A stretch of DNA of 27,173 nucleotides from a virus (Duplodnaviria; Caudoviricetes): the IMG/VR virus record IMGVR_UViG_3300037506_000029, positions 1 through 27,173 of that record. One strand, 5' to 3'. Below the pieces are notes generated by a model. That model worked only from the letters and a program-made list of their open reading frames with translations, was not told the DNA's origin and ran no database searches. Of this stretch, positions 7,873 to 16,691 are shown piece after piece. The translations under genes were made by a program, and so were the position numbers. How positions within the stretch are numbered: position 1 is the stretch's first letter; each line of letters opens with the position of its first letter.

Positions 7873-8094
7873 TTACGAACATAGGTTCTCCTTGAACAGG
7901 GACTTTATGTGATCCAATTGATCTTTCCGAATCAACTCCTTAGTTTCGGGAGTAAGAAATTCGAGTAGTCTTTCCGCAAACATAATTCTGTCGTGGACTT
8001 GCATATTCAGAACCTCTCCCCTTACAAAACAAAGCAGTCGAGAAAATCGGTCCGTCTCTCGTTCGCAAAAAGTAGCTTCGTCCAAGAGGATCAC
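7873..8094 (-). CDS. Hypothetical protein, 73 aa
   Basis: GTGA overlap with the clamp-loader stop; this is the C-terminal part of ORF 7873-8232. Confidence 0.5.
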   Translation of the reverse strand: MILLDEATFCERETDRFSRLLCFVRGEVLNMQVHDRIMFAERLLEFLTPETKELIRKDQLDHIKSLFKENLCS

Positions 8095-9032
8095 TCCGTA
8101 AAAAAGAAATCGTGGCAGGCCAGCACCAGACCAGCCTTCTTGGTGTCGTGCCAGTTGAACTGGAACTTGCTGATCAAACGTGCAGCCCTCTCTCTGAGAC
8201 CAGAGTTCTTCAGCAGTTCCTTCGTAGCACAAGAAAGGATCAGATAGCGAATCCCCTCCCAGTCCTCCCCGTCTTCCAAGTTGTTAAGTATTTCTACCGT
8301 CTTGTTCCAGTCCCCCCTATCCCAAAGCATGGACTTGGCGAGATCGAAAGCGGACTTTCGAGCATCCGATTTCTGCACCACATTTAATTTCTCCTCCTCC
8401 CCTTCAATACCAACCACCTGATCCAGAATTACCAGCGCCTTTCTCGCTGACCCATCTGCCACTTCTGCAATCCGACCAAGCACCTTTTCGTTAGCCTTCC
8501 CTGGAGCCTCCTTTCCAAACTCCTTGATCAGTACATCCTTCATCAACCTTTTCAGGTCGTGAGCAGGGATGGACTGTAGATGGATTTCTGTACACCGAGT
8601 ATGAATCGTCTTGATTACCTTTCCAGGATCTGTAGTACACAAAAAGAACCAGACATGATTTGGAGTGTCTTCCAAGATTTTCAACAGGGCCGACTGTCCA
8701 TCATTGGATATCTTGTGGCATTCATCAATAAGCCAAACCCTGCTCCTACCGAACATGGGAGCCAGGCCAATCCTCTGACGAATTTCTCGAATAGTATCGA
8801 TCCCGCGAAAGTCGGCGGCATTGATCTCCTGAAAGTCCGGATCTCCACACCCCAAGTTCTCCTTGAGGATCCTTGCCAATGTAGTCTTTCCACAACCCGA
8901 AGCACCTGTAAACAGAATCGCGTGGGGAATTCTGTTCTTATTCACAAAGTCTTCCAGAACCCTGATTGCCTCCGCTTGTCCAATTACTTCCTTCAGAGAT
9001 GCAGGTCGATACTTTTTGTACAGTTCAGTCAT
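8091..9032 (-). CDS. dnaX: Clamp loader, DNA Pol III gamma/tau-like AAA+ ATPase
   Basis: LYKKYRP, GASGCGKTT, IDECH, ALLKILED, TRC arginine-finger motif. Confidence 0.9.
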   Translation of the reverse strand: MTELYKKYRPASLKEVIGQAEAIRVLEDFVNKNRIPHAILFTGASGCGKTTLARILKENLGCGDPDFQEINAADFRGIDTIREIRQRIGLAPMFGRSRVWLIDECHKISNDGQSALLKILEDTPNHVWFFLCTTDPGKVIKTIHTRCTEIHLQSIPAHDLKRLMKDVLIKEFGKEAPGKANEKVLGRIAEVADGSARKALVILDQVVGIEGEEEKLNVVQKSDARKSAFDLAKSMLWDRGDWNKTVEILNNLEDGEDWEGIRYLILSCATKELLKNSGLRERAARLISKFQFNWHDTKKAGLVLACHDFFFTE

Positions 9033-9421
9033 GACTTTCTCTTTGGTTTGGCCTTCTTAACTTTTACCTTGAACCTGACGACCTTGACCTTCAGTTTGGC
9101 CTTCCTTGCCTTTCGGAGCACGTCTGCTGTTCCTCTGGATTCTCCATCCCAAAAAGCAACAATAGCATCTGCTTTGCTTACCATTTCTGTATTCCTTATA
9201 GGACCAGCGGCATTCCCAAACTTGTCCCAATTTGGTCGGTACACTTCATATGAATGCCCCCTCTTCCAGGCCCACTCCTCTCCGAATATGTCTGCTCCGT
9301 TCGCATGTCCGGAAAGGATTACAACTTGCTTCAACTTTTGCTTGTGAACTAACTCATCCATGGTCTGAAACAACAGATCAATATCATCAAATGTTCTGGA
9401 ACCAGCAATGATTATTCTCAT
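9029..9421 (-). CDS. SLOG-superfamily (YspA/DUF2493-like) protein
   Basis: MRIIIAGSR, SGHANGAD, AGPIRNTEM, AFWDGESRGT. Confidence 0.85.
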   Translation of the reverse strand: MRIIIAGSRTFDDIDLLFQTMDELVHKQKLKQVVILSGHANGADIFGEEWAWKRGHSYEVYRPNWDKFGNAAGPIRNTEMVSKADAIVAFWDGESRGTADVLRKARKAKLKVKVVRFKVKVKKAKPKRKS

Positions 9422-9422
9422 C

Positions 9423-10856
9423 TTATCCCTCTGTCCACTCCCCATTCTTTTCCACATATTGTTTCTTCTCGTACCAGCTAGACTCCGCAACCTCCGCTTC
9501 TATCTCTAGTGGAGTAATGATCCAGGACCACTGCTTAGGAAGCCAGACAGTCATAACCTCCCTAGCAATATTCAGATAGTCTCCTACTTCCTCTACAGGA
9601 CTGTCTGCAAGGATACTGTCATGGATCTGTCCAACCAAGCAGGTTTGCATCTTGCTGTCCCTGATCCTTTTTCTGACCTCGACCAGACTTTTTAGAAGGC
9701 AGTGGAAGGCTGACCCTTGTACAGGATGGTTGATCACATCGTTTCTGGAGAACACTCCCTCTTCTGTGAACCCAGTCAAAGAAGTAAACCTCCCCATCTT
9801 TCGATATTGTTCCACCCAATCATTTTTCCACTGCTGATACACTTTGAACCTGCGTCCCCAGAAATCTTCTTCCACAGATTTTATGTGGGCTGCATAGGAA
9901 TTCCTTTCAGGAATTGCTCCCGGAGCACACAATCCAAGTTTAGTAATTCCCTTGCTGACAAGATGTTGCTTGATTGTCTTCCCTTCTGGACCCACCAATC
10001 TCATCCCGTCGCAGGCAGACCACAAGGCAGGAGCACACTGAAACCAAGCCGATCCATAAAATTGTGGGAACACAAAATTACTCTTCCCACAATACCTAAG
10101 TTGTTTGGCATTGGCCTTATCGAGACTGTTCCATTCTTCCGTGTTCAGAGCATAGCACTCCATCGCCATATCTCTGTGCATATCTTTGGAAGGATCATTG
10201 ATATACTCTAACATCGCCGGGTCTTTGTGATAGCAAGCAGCGATTCTAACCTCAATACCAGAGAAGTCAACCTCTACCAAACACCTACCCTTTCTGGGGA
10301 TGAAGGCTCTGCGAATCAACTTCCCCATATGAGGATCTCGTATAGGTAAATTCTGGAAGTTCGGAGAGTCCGAGCTGGAACGAAAAGTCCTGGTGGTGTG
10401 CAAGTTAAAGAATGGGTGTATGTAACCATCTACCACTTCCCTACGAATTCCTTCCAGAAAGGTGTTCTTTGCCTTCTTTACTCTTTGAAGAAAAGCAAAC
10501 TTCTTTGCAAAAGGAATATTGGTTTTATCCAACGTACTCTCATCAGATTTGTATCTGCCTGTTGAAGTAAGGAACTCCTCTCCTTCTGGAAATGGAAGAC
10601 GCAAGACTCCAAACAATATCTCTGTTAACTGCTGCCTGCTATCGAGATTAGTCCTTTGTCCAAATTTTCTTTTCCATACACCATAGATCTCATCTTCCTG
10701 TAGTTTGTGTGTAAGGAACTCAATCCTATTCCCTGTTCTGTGGATAGCAGCATCCAAGTAAGGAACGTCTATTCGTATGCCGTTGGACTCCATTTCTGCA
10801 AAAGCAATAGATCCTTCGTGGAAAAGTTGGTAGGCGTCTTTTGTGGAAAGACTCAT
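9423..10856 (-). CDS. polA: Family A DNA polymerase, polymerase domain only
   Basis: SSDSPNFQNLP, motif A DFSGIEVR, motif B RYCGKSNFVFPQFYG, NHPVQG, motif C QIHDS; begins at the EMESNGIRID region and has no exonuclease domain. Confidence 0.95.
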   Translation of the reverse strand: MSLSTKDAYQLFHEGSIAFAEMESNGIRIDVPYLDAAIHRTGNRIEFLTHKLQEDEIYGVWKRKFGQRTNLDSRQQLTEILFGVLRLPFPEGEEFLTSTGRYKSDESTLDKTNIPFAKKFAFLQRVKKAKNTFLEGIRREVVDGYIHPFFNLHTTRTFRSSSDSPNFQNLPIRDPHMGKLIRRAFIPRKGRCLVEVDFSGIEVRIAACYHKDPAMLEYINDPSKDMHRDMAMECYALNTEEWNSLDKANAKQLRYCGKSNFVFPQFYGSAWFQCAPALWSACDGMRLVGPEGKTIKQHLVSKGITKLGLCAPGAIPERNSYAAHIKSVEEDFWGRRFKVYQQWKNDWVEQYRKMGRFTSLTGFTEEGVFSRNDVINHPVQGSAFHCLLKSLVEVRKRIRDSKMQTCLVGQIHDSILADSPVEEVGDYLNIAREVMTVWLPKQWSWIITPLEIEAEVAESSWYEKKQYVEKNGEWTEG

Positions 10857-11197
10857 CGGTTATCTCCACTGCCCCTGAGAACCCCCCGGTTTTTCCTGTC
10901 TTGCAGTTTATCCAGATTATTAAGAGCAATCTCGCTCATGGAACAATCAATCTCCCGGCAAAGAGCCGCCATGTACCACAAAGCATCTCCAATCTCCTTC
11001 GCCAATTCCTTGCGAAACTCACTGTACATGGACTTGTAATCAGTAACATCCTTACGAAGAACCTTCTTTATCTTGTTGACAATCTCTCCAGTTTCTCCAG
11101 CCAAACCAAGAGCAGCATAAGCCAATCCGACAGCCTCCCCTGAATTAGGATACACAGAAGTTTCCTCAGACAGTCTGACATACTGATCGAACGTCAT
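10853..11197 (-). CDS. MazG-like nucleotide pyrophosphohydrolase
   Basis: LGLAGETGE...KEIGDALWY...NLDKL..R..RG.L.GSGDNR. Confidence 0.9.
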   Translation of the reverse strand: MTFDQYVRLSEETSVYPNSGEAVGLAYAALGLAGETGEIVNKIKKVLRKDVTDYKSMYSEFRKELAKEIGDALWYMAALCREIDCSMSEIALNNLDKLQDRKNRGVLRGSGDNR

Positions 11198-11352
11198 ACT
11201 ATACTCCTAATGCAAGCTGTAACAAAACTTTACAATACAGAAGCTAGAGACCGATATAGCACCGCCCCTTTCCTATATTCTGCTACTGTACTTGTAACGC
11301 ACCCACAACATTGCAACAGCATCTTTTGATGGTCCTCTGGTACACCATGATA

Positions 11353-11799
11353 TTACTTTATTATCCGAAATGATTTTTCTCTTATCCACTTTGTTCCACC
11401 AAAGAGTGGACTCAATACTAACCAGAATGGAATTTTCATGATCAATTGCCCACTGACACTGCCCTCGCCCACATCCATATTATTGACTATGATCTCGTAA
11501 ATGAGTCTGATCTAGATTTCGATTCTCTGGACTCTATACGATGTTGATTTTAGTCCTAGGATCCACAATGGAAGTTTCATTATTTATCTATAAAACCCAG
11601 ATCCAGACTTCGACCAGATACTAGACCACGACCATGCCTACGGGCCTGATCTAGATCCAGATACTGAGTATGGCCAATACTCTGATTTTGAAAATCTCTT
11701 GTGTCTCACCCCCTCCCTCAACGCTTCAACCCTGCTCTTCGATGCCAATCCTTCCCTTAACTACATACGAGACAAGAGAAAGCAATAATGAATTTTCAT
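11353..11799 (-). pseudogene. Three tandem degenerate MKLP-family short ORFs
   Basis: Starts at 11799 (MKIHY..., two in-frame TAGs, ends SGSRSGP*AWSWSSIWSKSGSGFYR at 11584), 11580 (MKLPLWILGL, frameshifted) and 11439 (MKIPFWLVL, 28 aa). Confidence 0.5.
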
Positions 11800-11800
11800 A

Positions 11801-12613
11801 CTACACCAACCCCGGCATTGTTCTCTCTATCCTTTCCGTTGCTACCTTGTGCCAGTGAGGATCTATCTCCATCCCTATAAAGTTCCTGTTCATCTCCTTG
11901 CAAGCAACACCAACCCAACCTGCTCCACAAAAAGGATCTAGCACTGTATCTCCAGGTCTGGTGTGGTTTTCCAACAGAATCTTGGCCAACTTCACTGGCT
12001 TGGGAGTAGGGTGATCGTTATCATCTCTTGTCTGCTCTCTTCTTATCCCCGTCTCGTGGGGGCGAAGAACATTCCACTCCCTGCTGGAGGAAGAGCACCA
12101 CCTCATGGGCTCTCCCACCTTATGACCAACTAGAACAGTCTCATAGCACCGGCGATATCGCCAGCCGAACCCAACTGGTCCCTTGTCCCATATTAACATT
12201 TGATCAAACTTCAGCACCTCGTCCATCCAGATGGACCACCAGGCAAACTGTGGCTGGAACGGAAACCCATCTCGTGTGCTGCCTCCTCCTCCTCCACAAC
12301 AAACGGCAGCAACTCCTCCCTTGAATAGAACCCTTTCAAACTCGACCAAAGCCTTTCGGTACAGATCGTTTGCCTCTACCCCATCGTTCTCCAATGTCTT
12401 CCCTCCTGACTTTCTTTCCTTTGTAACTGTCTTTCCCCCCCAAACTTTCTTTCCCTTCCTTACGATATTGTATCTTCTATTACAGAAGTCTCCCTTCTCA
12501 TTTTGTTCATGTCCGTAGGGAGGATCAGTTAATATAAAATCTATGGAACTGTCCGGGATCTTTGATAGTTCCTGAACACAGTCCCCAAGAATTATTTGAT
12601 ACTTGTTTGACAT
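11801..12613 (-). CDS. Orphan beta-class N4C/N6A DNA methyltransferase
   Basis: N-terminal TDPPY, HPTPKP, C-terminal LDPFCGAG. Confidence 0.92.
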   Translation of the reverse strand: MSNKYQIILGDCVQELSKIPDSSIDFILTDPPYGHEQNEKGDFCNRRYNIVRKGKKVWGGKTVTKERKSGGKTLENDGVEANDLYRKALVEFERVLFKGGVAAVCCGGGGGSTRDGFPFQPQFAWWSIWMDEVLKFDQMLIWDKGPVGFGWRYRRCYETVLVGHKVGEPMRWCSSSSREWNVLRPHETGIRREQTRDDNDHPTPKPVKLAKILLENHTRPGDTVLDPFCGAGWVGVACKEMNRNFIGMEIDPHWHKVATERIERTMPGLV

Positions 12614-12628
12614 ACTGAAGCCTACATA

Positions 12629-13846
12629 CTATTTTATTTCCTTGGAATGAATCTGAGCCACCTTCCATTCCATCAACGAATCCAATCCGTTGTATCGCAA
12701 AAGTCTGCATAGATCCATTTTCCACAATCTGTTCCCACTATTAGATCCATCTGACCCAAAATACTCTTCGACTCCCTTTGTCCAAGGATCCTGTCCAAGC
12801 AGCACAAATGCCTGGAATTTAATACTGGTTATCCCCGGCCTGCTATCTAACACATGAGTAGACAACATGGTATCCCAGTACCAATTCTTTACTCCCTCCC
12901 CAAATTCCTTGATGGTCCAACGCTCTTCAAACTTCATGTTGCTGGCTACCATGGGAATACCAGAGAACAACAGATCTCTGGTTGCTTCCTTTGCTCCTCC
13001 ATACCAAGGGTAAGCAATGGTAGTTTTACCATCACTGACAGAACAACTAACAATCCTCGATTCTGTACTATCAGGCTTCAATCTGTCTGTTTCGTAATCA
13101 AAGGCTACAAAAGGAGATGTTCTTCTGTCACTCCCTTCGTAGGTTATCTTCCTTATCTTCCTTGCCGCCTCTTCCGTGTCCAGTTCCACGACTACCTGAG
13201 ATTCAAAGTCTGGCTTTTTCTTCCAGGGCCTTCCTTCCAGCAGGACAGCACTCTTCAGATGTTCTTCCCACAACAACCGCAAGACACTGGAACTAATCGA
13301 TCCATCACTATTGGATCTAAGAACATAGGAAGGATGCCAAGTAGGACATATCCAAGCATTCAATTTCTGATGTGGTATTTGCCATCCTACCCAGCGAGAA
13401 ATGCTTCCGGGGTCTTCCCCCTGCAACCAACCAATTACTGAATTGACGGCTGAAGATCCTAGAGGCAGTATCACTTCCGGATTCAATTCCTCCACGGCTC
13501 GTATAATGTTGGGGCGACAGTATTCAATTTCTTTACTGGTCGGTGTTCTGTTTCCTTCTGGACGACAGATAATAGAATTGGTAATCCAGCAGTCCCTTCT
13601 AATCTCCACTCCAAAACCAGATAGGACTCTGGCCAGTTCTGCTCCAGAAGCACCAATGAACGGAATTCCCTTTTCGTCCTCACCGGCACCAGGAGCCTCT
13701 CCAACTATAAGAATCTTCCTTTTACCAAAACCGTCCACTTTCATCTTCGGGGTCTTGCATTCTGAATATAAACCACAGGATCCACACTTTGGGATCAGAG
13801 GAATATTTTTGCGAGAGATATCTTCTTCCTGGAACAGACTGAACAC
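12629..13846 (-). CDS. Family-4 uracil-DNA glycosylase-like domain fused to a PolA-type 3'-5' exonuclease
   Basis: CxxC, GEAPG..ED..G.PFIG, ICRP..NR.P, HPSY; then ExoI FDYET, ExoII NMKFE and ExoIII YNGLD. Confidence 0.9.
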   Translation of the reverse strand: MFSLFQEEDISRKNIPLIPKCGSCGLYSECKTPKMKVDGFGKRKILIVGEAPGAGEDEKGIPFIGASGAELARVLSGFGVEIRRDCWITNSIICRPEGNRTPTSKEIEYCRPNIIRAVEELNPEVILPLGSSAVNSVIGWLQGEDPGSISRWVGWQIPHQKLNAWICPTWHPSYVLRSNSDGSISSSVLRLLWEEHLKSAVLLEGRPWKKKPDFESQVVVELDTEEAARKIRKITYEGSDRRTSPFVAFDYETDRLKPDSTESRIVSCSVSDGKTTIAYPWYGGAKEATRDLLFSGIPMVASNMKFEERWTIKEFGEGVKNWYWDTMLSTHVLDSRPGITSIKFQAFVLLGQDPWTKGVEEYFGSDGSNSGNRLWKMDLCRLLRYNGLDSLMEWKVAQIHSKEIK

Positions 13847-13871
13847 AATTACACCCCTTCCGCCTCTGCCA

Positions 13872-14150
13872 CTATCTATTACTTTCTTTTTTATTCAAAG
13901 GAAAAACCACATCTATTGATTTCAGTTTCTCGATGAACTCTCTGGCTTCTTCCTTCCCATAAAATAGATCTTTCGTGGATGAAAGAGCAATCCTCATGCT
14001 CAACTCATACCCACTCAGGTAGCTGTCCCACAAAACATTGATTACATTAGGATCTGTCTCGACCAAAACAATGAAATGCTTGGCCAACCAAACAACAAAC
14101 TCCCCCCACAACGGGTGGTTTCTGTTGTCCCAATTGGGGAAATCAACCAT
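13872..14150 (-). CDS. Hypothetical protein
   Basis: 92-aa ORF in the operon with a GAGGA RBS. Confidence 0.65.
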   Translation of the reverse strand: MVDFPNWDNRNHPLWGEFVVWLAKHFIVLVETDPNVINVLWDSYLSGYELSMRIALSSTKDLFYGKEEAREFIEKLKSIDVVFPLNKKESNR

Positions 14151-14161
14151 ATGTTTTTCCT

Positions 14162-15184
14162 CTACTCGTTACTGTCAGGATGTAACAAACTCGTAACATA
14201 GACGTACTTCTCGTTTCGGATCAGCAATTTTCCAGACAACACCTCGCAATCTTCCTCACTAATAATAAGACGAGAAAGTATCTCTGGGCTCATATAAAAA
14301 GAAATGGAAGCTCCAGAATAGTCCAACTTCCCCCACTCTTCATGACTCCCAGTGATCCCTTCTCCTACAATTCGTACCTTCCCCGGCTTCAGATCCACCC
14401 GGAGAAGATCCTCCCCTCCCCGCTCCGAAGAGAAGATTCTCGCAGCCTTGGTTGCTGCAGCCAATTGCTTTGATAGTTTGATCTTCTCCCCTGTTCCTTC
14501 CAAACAACTGCCAAGGTCAGGAAAAGTTTCTCCTTGGTATCTTCTGCACATGAAATTCACATCTGTTGACTTGAAATGAATCCATGTTTCAGAAATAAAC
14601 CAGTGACTAACTCCAATGCCGACTATTTCTTCCATGCAGTTAGCACGAACCAGCACCGAGGAATCGTTCCCACAAATCATGGGCCAGCGAAGAATCTGAT
14701 GTCTGTCTGTTGCTTCAATCCACTTTGGATGGATATGAAGGAATATAATGACTGTACTTTCGTCCCTGCCAGCACAACCGCAAGTTTCCTTTGCTGCTGC
14801 ACAGAAATTTTCTGGCAGCGTCTCCCAAGAAGAAGGAGTCTCTAAGGAATTAACTGGGAGAATAATTTCTTTCTCCAGCAAGAATTTACTTCTCCTCCCC
14901 CTTCCAGACAGTACCAGTTGATTTTTATCTACATAAACTTGGAGATCTTCATCTGGAGTTCTCCGCAAAACATCCAGCAGTTTGTCTGCCTTCACTGCTC
15001 CAACTACTTCATCACCAAACGGGCTGTCCCTACAACAAGCTACCTCGTCGTTGAAAGTAATCAACTTCCCATTAGAAAATACGAAGTGTTTGGATTGCTC
15101 CAAGGTTACTACGTCTTTGGCCACACCAGGAGTAACAGACTCCAGTTGACCTAATAGAATATTTTTCTGAATTCTCATCCCCAC
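14162..15184 (-). CDS. Sliding clamp (Pol III beta-like), divergent
   Basis: 340 aa, repeating beta-rich pattern, EATDRHQI (cf. ATDGHRL), FPD motif; a clamp loader is present in the same operon. Confidence 0.7.
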   Translation of the reverse strand: MGMRIQKNILLGQLESVTPGVAKDVVTLEQSKHFVFSNGKLITFNDEVACCRDSPFGDEVVGAVKADKLLDVLRRTPDEDLQVYVDKNQLVLSGRGRRSKFLLEKEIILPVNSLETPSSWETLPENFCAAAKETCGCAGRDESTVIIFLHIHPKWIEATDRHQILRWPMICGNDSSVLVRANCMEEIVGIGVSHWFISETWIHFKSTDVNFMCRRYQGETFPDLGSCLEGTGEKIKLSKQLAAATKAARIFSSERGGEDLLRVDLKPGKVRIVGEGITGSHEEWGKLDYSGASISFYMSPEILSRLIISEEDCEVLSGKLLIRNEKYVYVTSLLHPDSNE

Positions 15185-15218
15185 TATTCCTCTTGGAGTC
15201 CCACTAGGTATCTCATAT

Positions 15219-15266
15219 CTATTCCAACCTCGACCTCGACCGCAAGATCCAGTTTGAAAGTTTCAA
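15219..15266 (-). pseudogene. MKLP-family remnant
   Basis: TTG start, LKLSNWILRSRSRLE*, with GGTCGA GGTCGA GGTTGG hexamers as in 101-282. Confidence 0.45.
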
Positions 15267-15400
15267 AAACAACTCAACGAATGTCTTTTATGTGCGGATC
15301 AGACCGACAAACTTTGATATGTTTATTTCCATAAAAAGAGTGGTTGGAACCTAGCCACACAAGCCTAGATCCCAACCACCTTTCCAGGCCAACCGAAATT

Positions 15401-16237
15401 TTACGACTTGAAGAATTCTGGTCCACTAATGTGCCGACCTACAATCTTTTCAGCAACCGCAGTCAAGCTCCTGTAGGTCTCACCATCCAGCACAAATCCT
15501 TCCTTTCCAACCAGAACTCGGTACTCCTTGCCCTTGTATTTTCTGACCAGAACACTCCCATGCTTACCAGAGCCAGATCTCTTCAGCCTCTTGTCAGACC
15601 TGCTTTGCACCAATCGCTTTTTCTTAACAATCACATCCCCATCCTCTTTTGAAATCTCTTCAATGCTTTTCCTTAGTTCTTCCAATCGTTGTCGTGTTTC
15701 CTCTGCCTTTCTGTCCTTCTCTTCTTTCAGCCTTCTTTCCAAATCCTCCGCTTCCTGAAGCCTGCTCTCCACCTTGGTTTGATCCAAGGGAACAGTTCCC
15801 CATCCTAGCCTGGCTGTTGGATCGGATTTCAAATCCCCTTCCACAACAACAGGAAGAACATCACTCCCAATCTCACCAATATATTCCTTGGCCTTCTCAC
15901 TTGCCCTTTCTAGGATCAAATCTGTAATATGGTTCCTATCCAGACCAGCTTCGCTTAGAATAGACTCGCTGTCTGGTCGAGACAAGAATGATGGTCCAAA
16001 CTCTATTACCAAATCATTCACAATCTCCTGAATGACTTTCTGTGTAAGGTTTCTATACAAAAGTTTCTCCCGGATAACCCGACCGCACCACTTTTCAAAT
16101 CGATCTCCAGGAATCCTGTCTGCCAGTTCCAGAAGTTCCTGCGGCATGGGAACCTCTCCACGAACCTGCGCCTCCGTATAGCCATTACGTCGGAGGAAGC
16201 CGACAAACTCTCTGAAACTATTTTCTGGTAGTCCCAT
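15401..16237 (-). CDS. Protein with C-terminal DUF2924-like domain
   Basis: GSVLVRKYKGKEYRVLV...GF..DG..YRSLTAVA..I.G...SGPEFF. Confidence 0.75.
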   Translation of the reverse strand: MGLPENSFREFVGFLRRNGYTEAQVRGEVPMPQELLELADRIPGDRFEKWCGRVIREKLLYRNLTQKVIQEIVNDLVIEFGPSFLSRPDSESILSEAGLDRNHITDLILERASEKAKEYIGEIGSDVLPVVVEGDLKSDPTARLGWGTVPLDQTKVESRLQEAEDLERRLKEEKDRKAEETRQRLEELRKSIEEISKEDGDVIVKKKRLVQSRSDKRLKRSGSGKHGSVLVRKYKGKEYRVLVGKEGFVLDGETYRSLTAVAEKIVGRHISGPEFFKS

Positions 16238-16691
16238 CGTATTCCTCCTGATTGCAGTTAGAACAAACAGACAGAGAGATCCTTCCCATCCTCAACCCAC
16301 ACCCCAGTTCATTCATCATCCTTGTCCACAACCCCTTTCTGTCAAAGATGTTAGATAGTCCTTTGCTGGTAAGCCACACAACGAAATCCAATTTATCGCT
16401 CCCACAAACGTCAATTCCGATCCATCCATTCTTGGAAGCGTACCACACACTCTTCCATAGCTCTTCAACCTTCCCCTCCATGGAAGCCTCTTCCGGATGC
16501 AGCAGGGCTTTTTGAGTTCTGAGAGCATTAGATCCACACCTGCTGTACGTCCTTACAGCGACCTGTAGAGAGATCAACTCCGTTGCCCACGAGAAACATT
16601 CCCTTAGCGTCTTCTTCTTCCCATCCATGAGAAGAAGATACAGTCTGGGAAGAGTTCCCTTTTTGAACCTCGTCCCATTGGCCACTCTCAT
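16218..16691 (-). CDS. Hypothetical protein (possible winged-helix)
   Basis: TGATG coupling to the upstream gene; a terminal VWLTSKG suggests a wHTH wing (weak). Confidence 0.55.
   Translation of the reverse strand: MRVANGTRFKKGTLPRLYLLLMDGKKKTLRECFSWATELISLQVAVRTYSRCGSNALRTQKALLHPEEASMEGKVEELWKSVWYASKNGWIGIDVCGSDKLDFVVWLTSKGLSNIFDRKGLWTRMMNELGCGLRMGRISLSVCSNCNQEEYDGTTRK

Noticed and set aside
57-11763. Amber (TAG) recoding suggested by in-frame TAGs at 57-59, 1336-1338, 1896-1898, 11638-11640 and 11761-11763
   Set aside because: Long core genes are uninterrupted in the standard code, and several end plausibly at TAG (SSB, MTase, clamp, helicase). The affected ORFs also carry frameshifts or TGA, so decay is the simpler explanation.
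10857-12628. Intron or intein interrupting polA
   Set aside because: The interval holds ordinary genes, with no homing endonuclease, RT or intein splice motifs, and both polymerase parts have their own start and stop codons.
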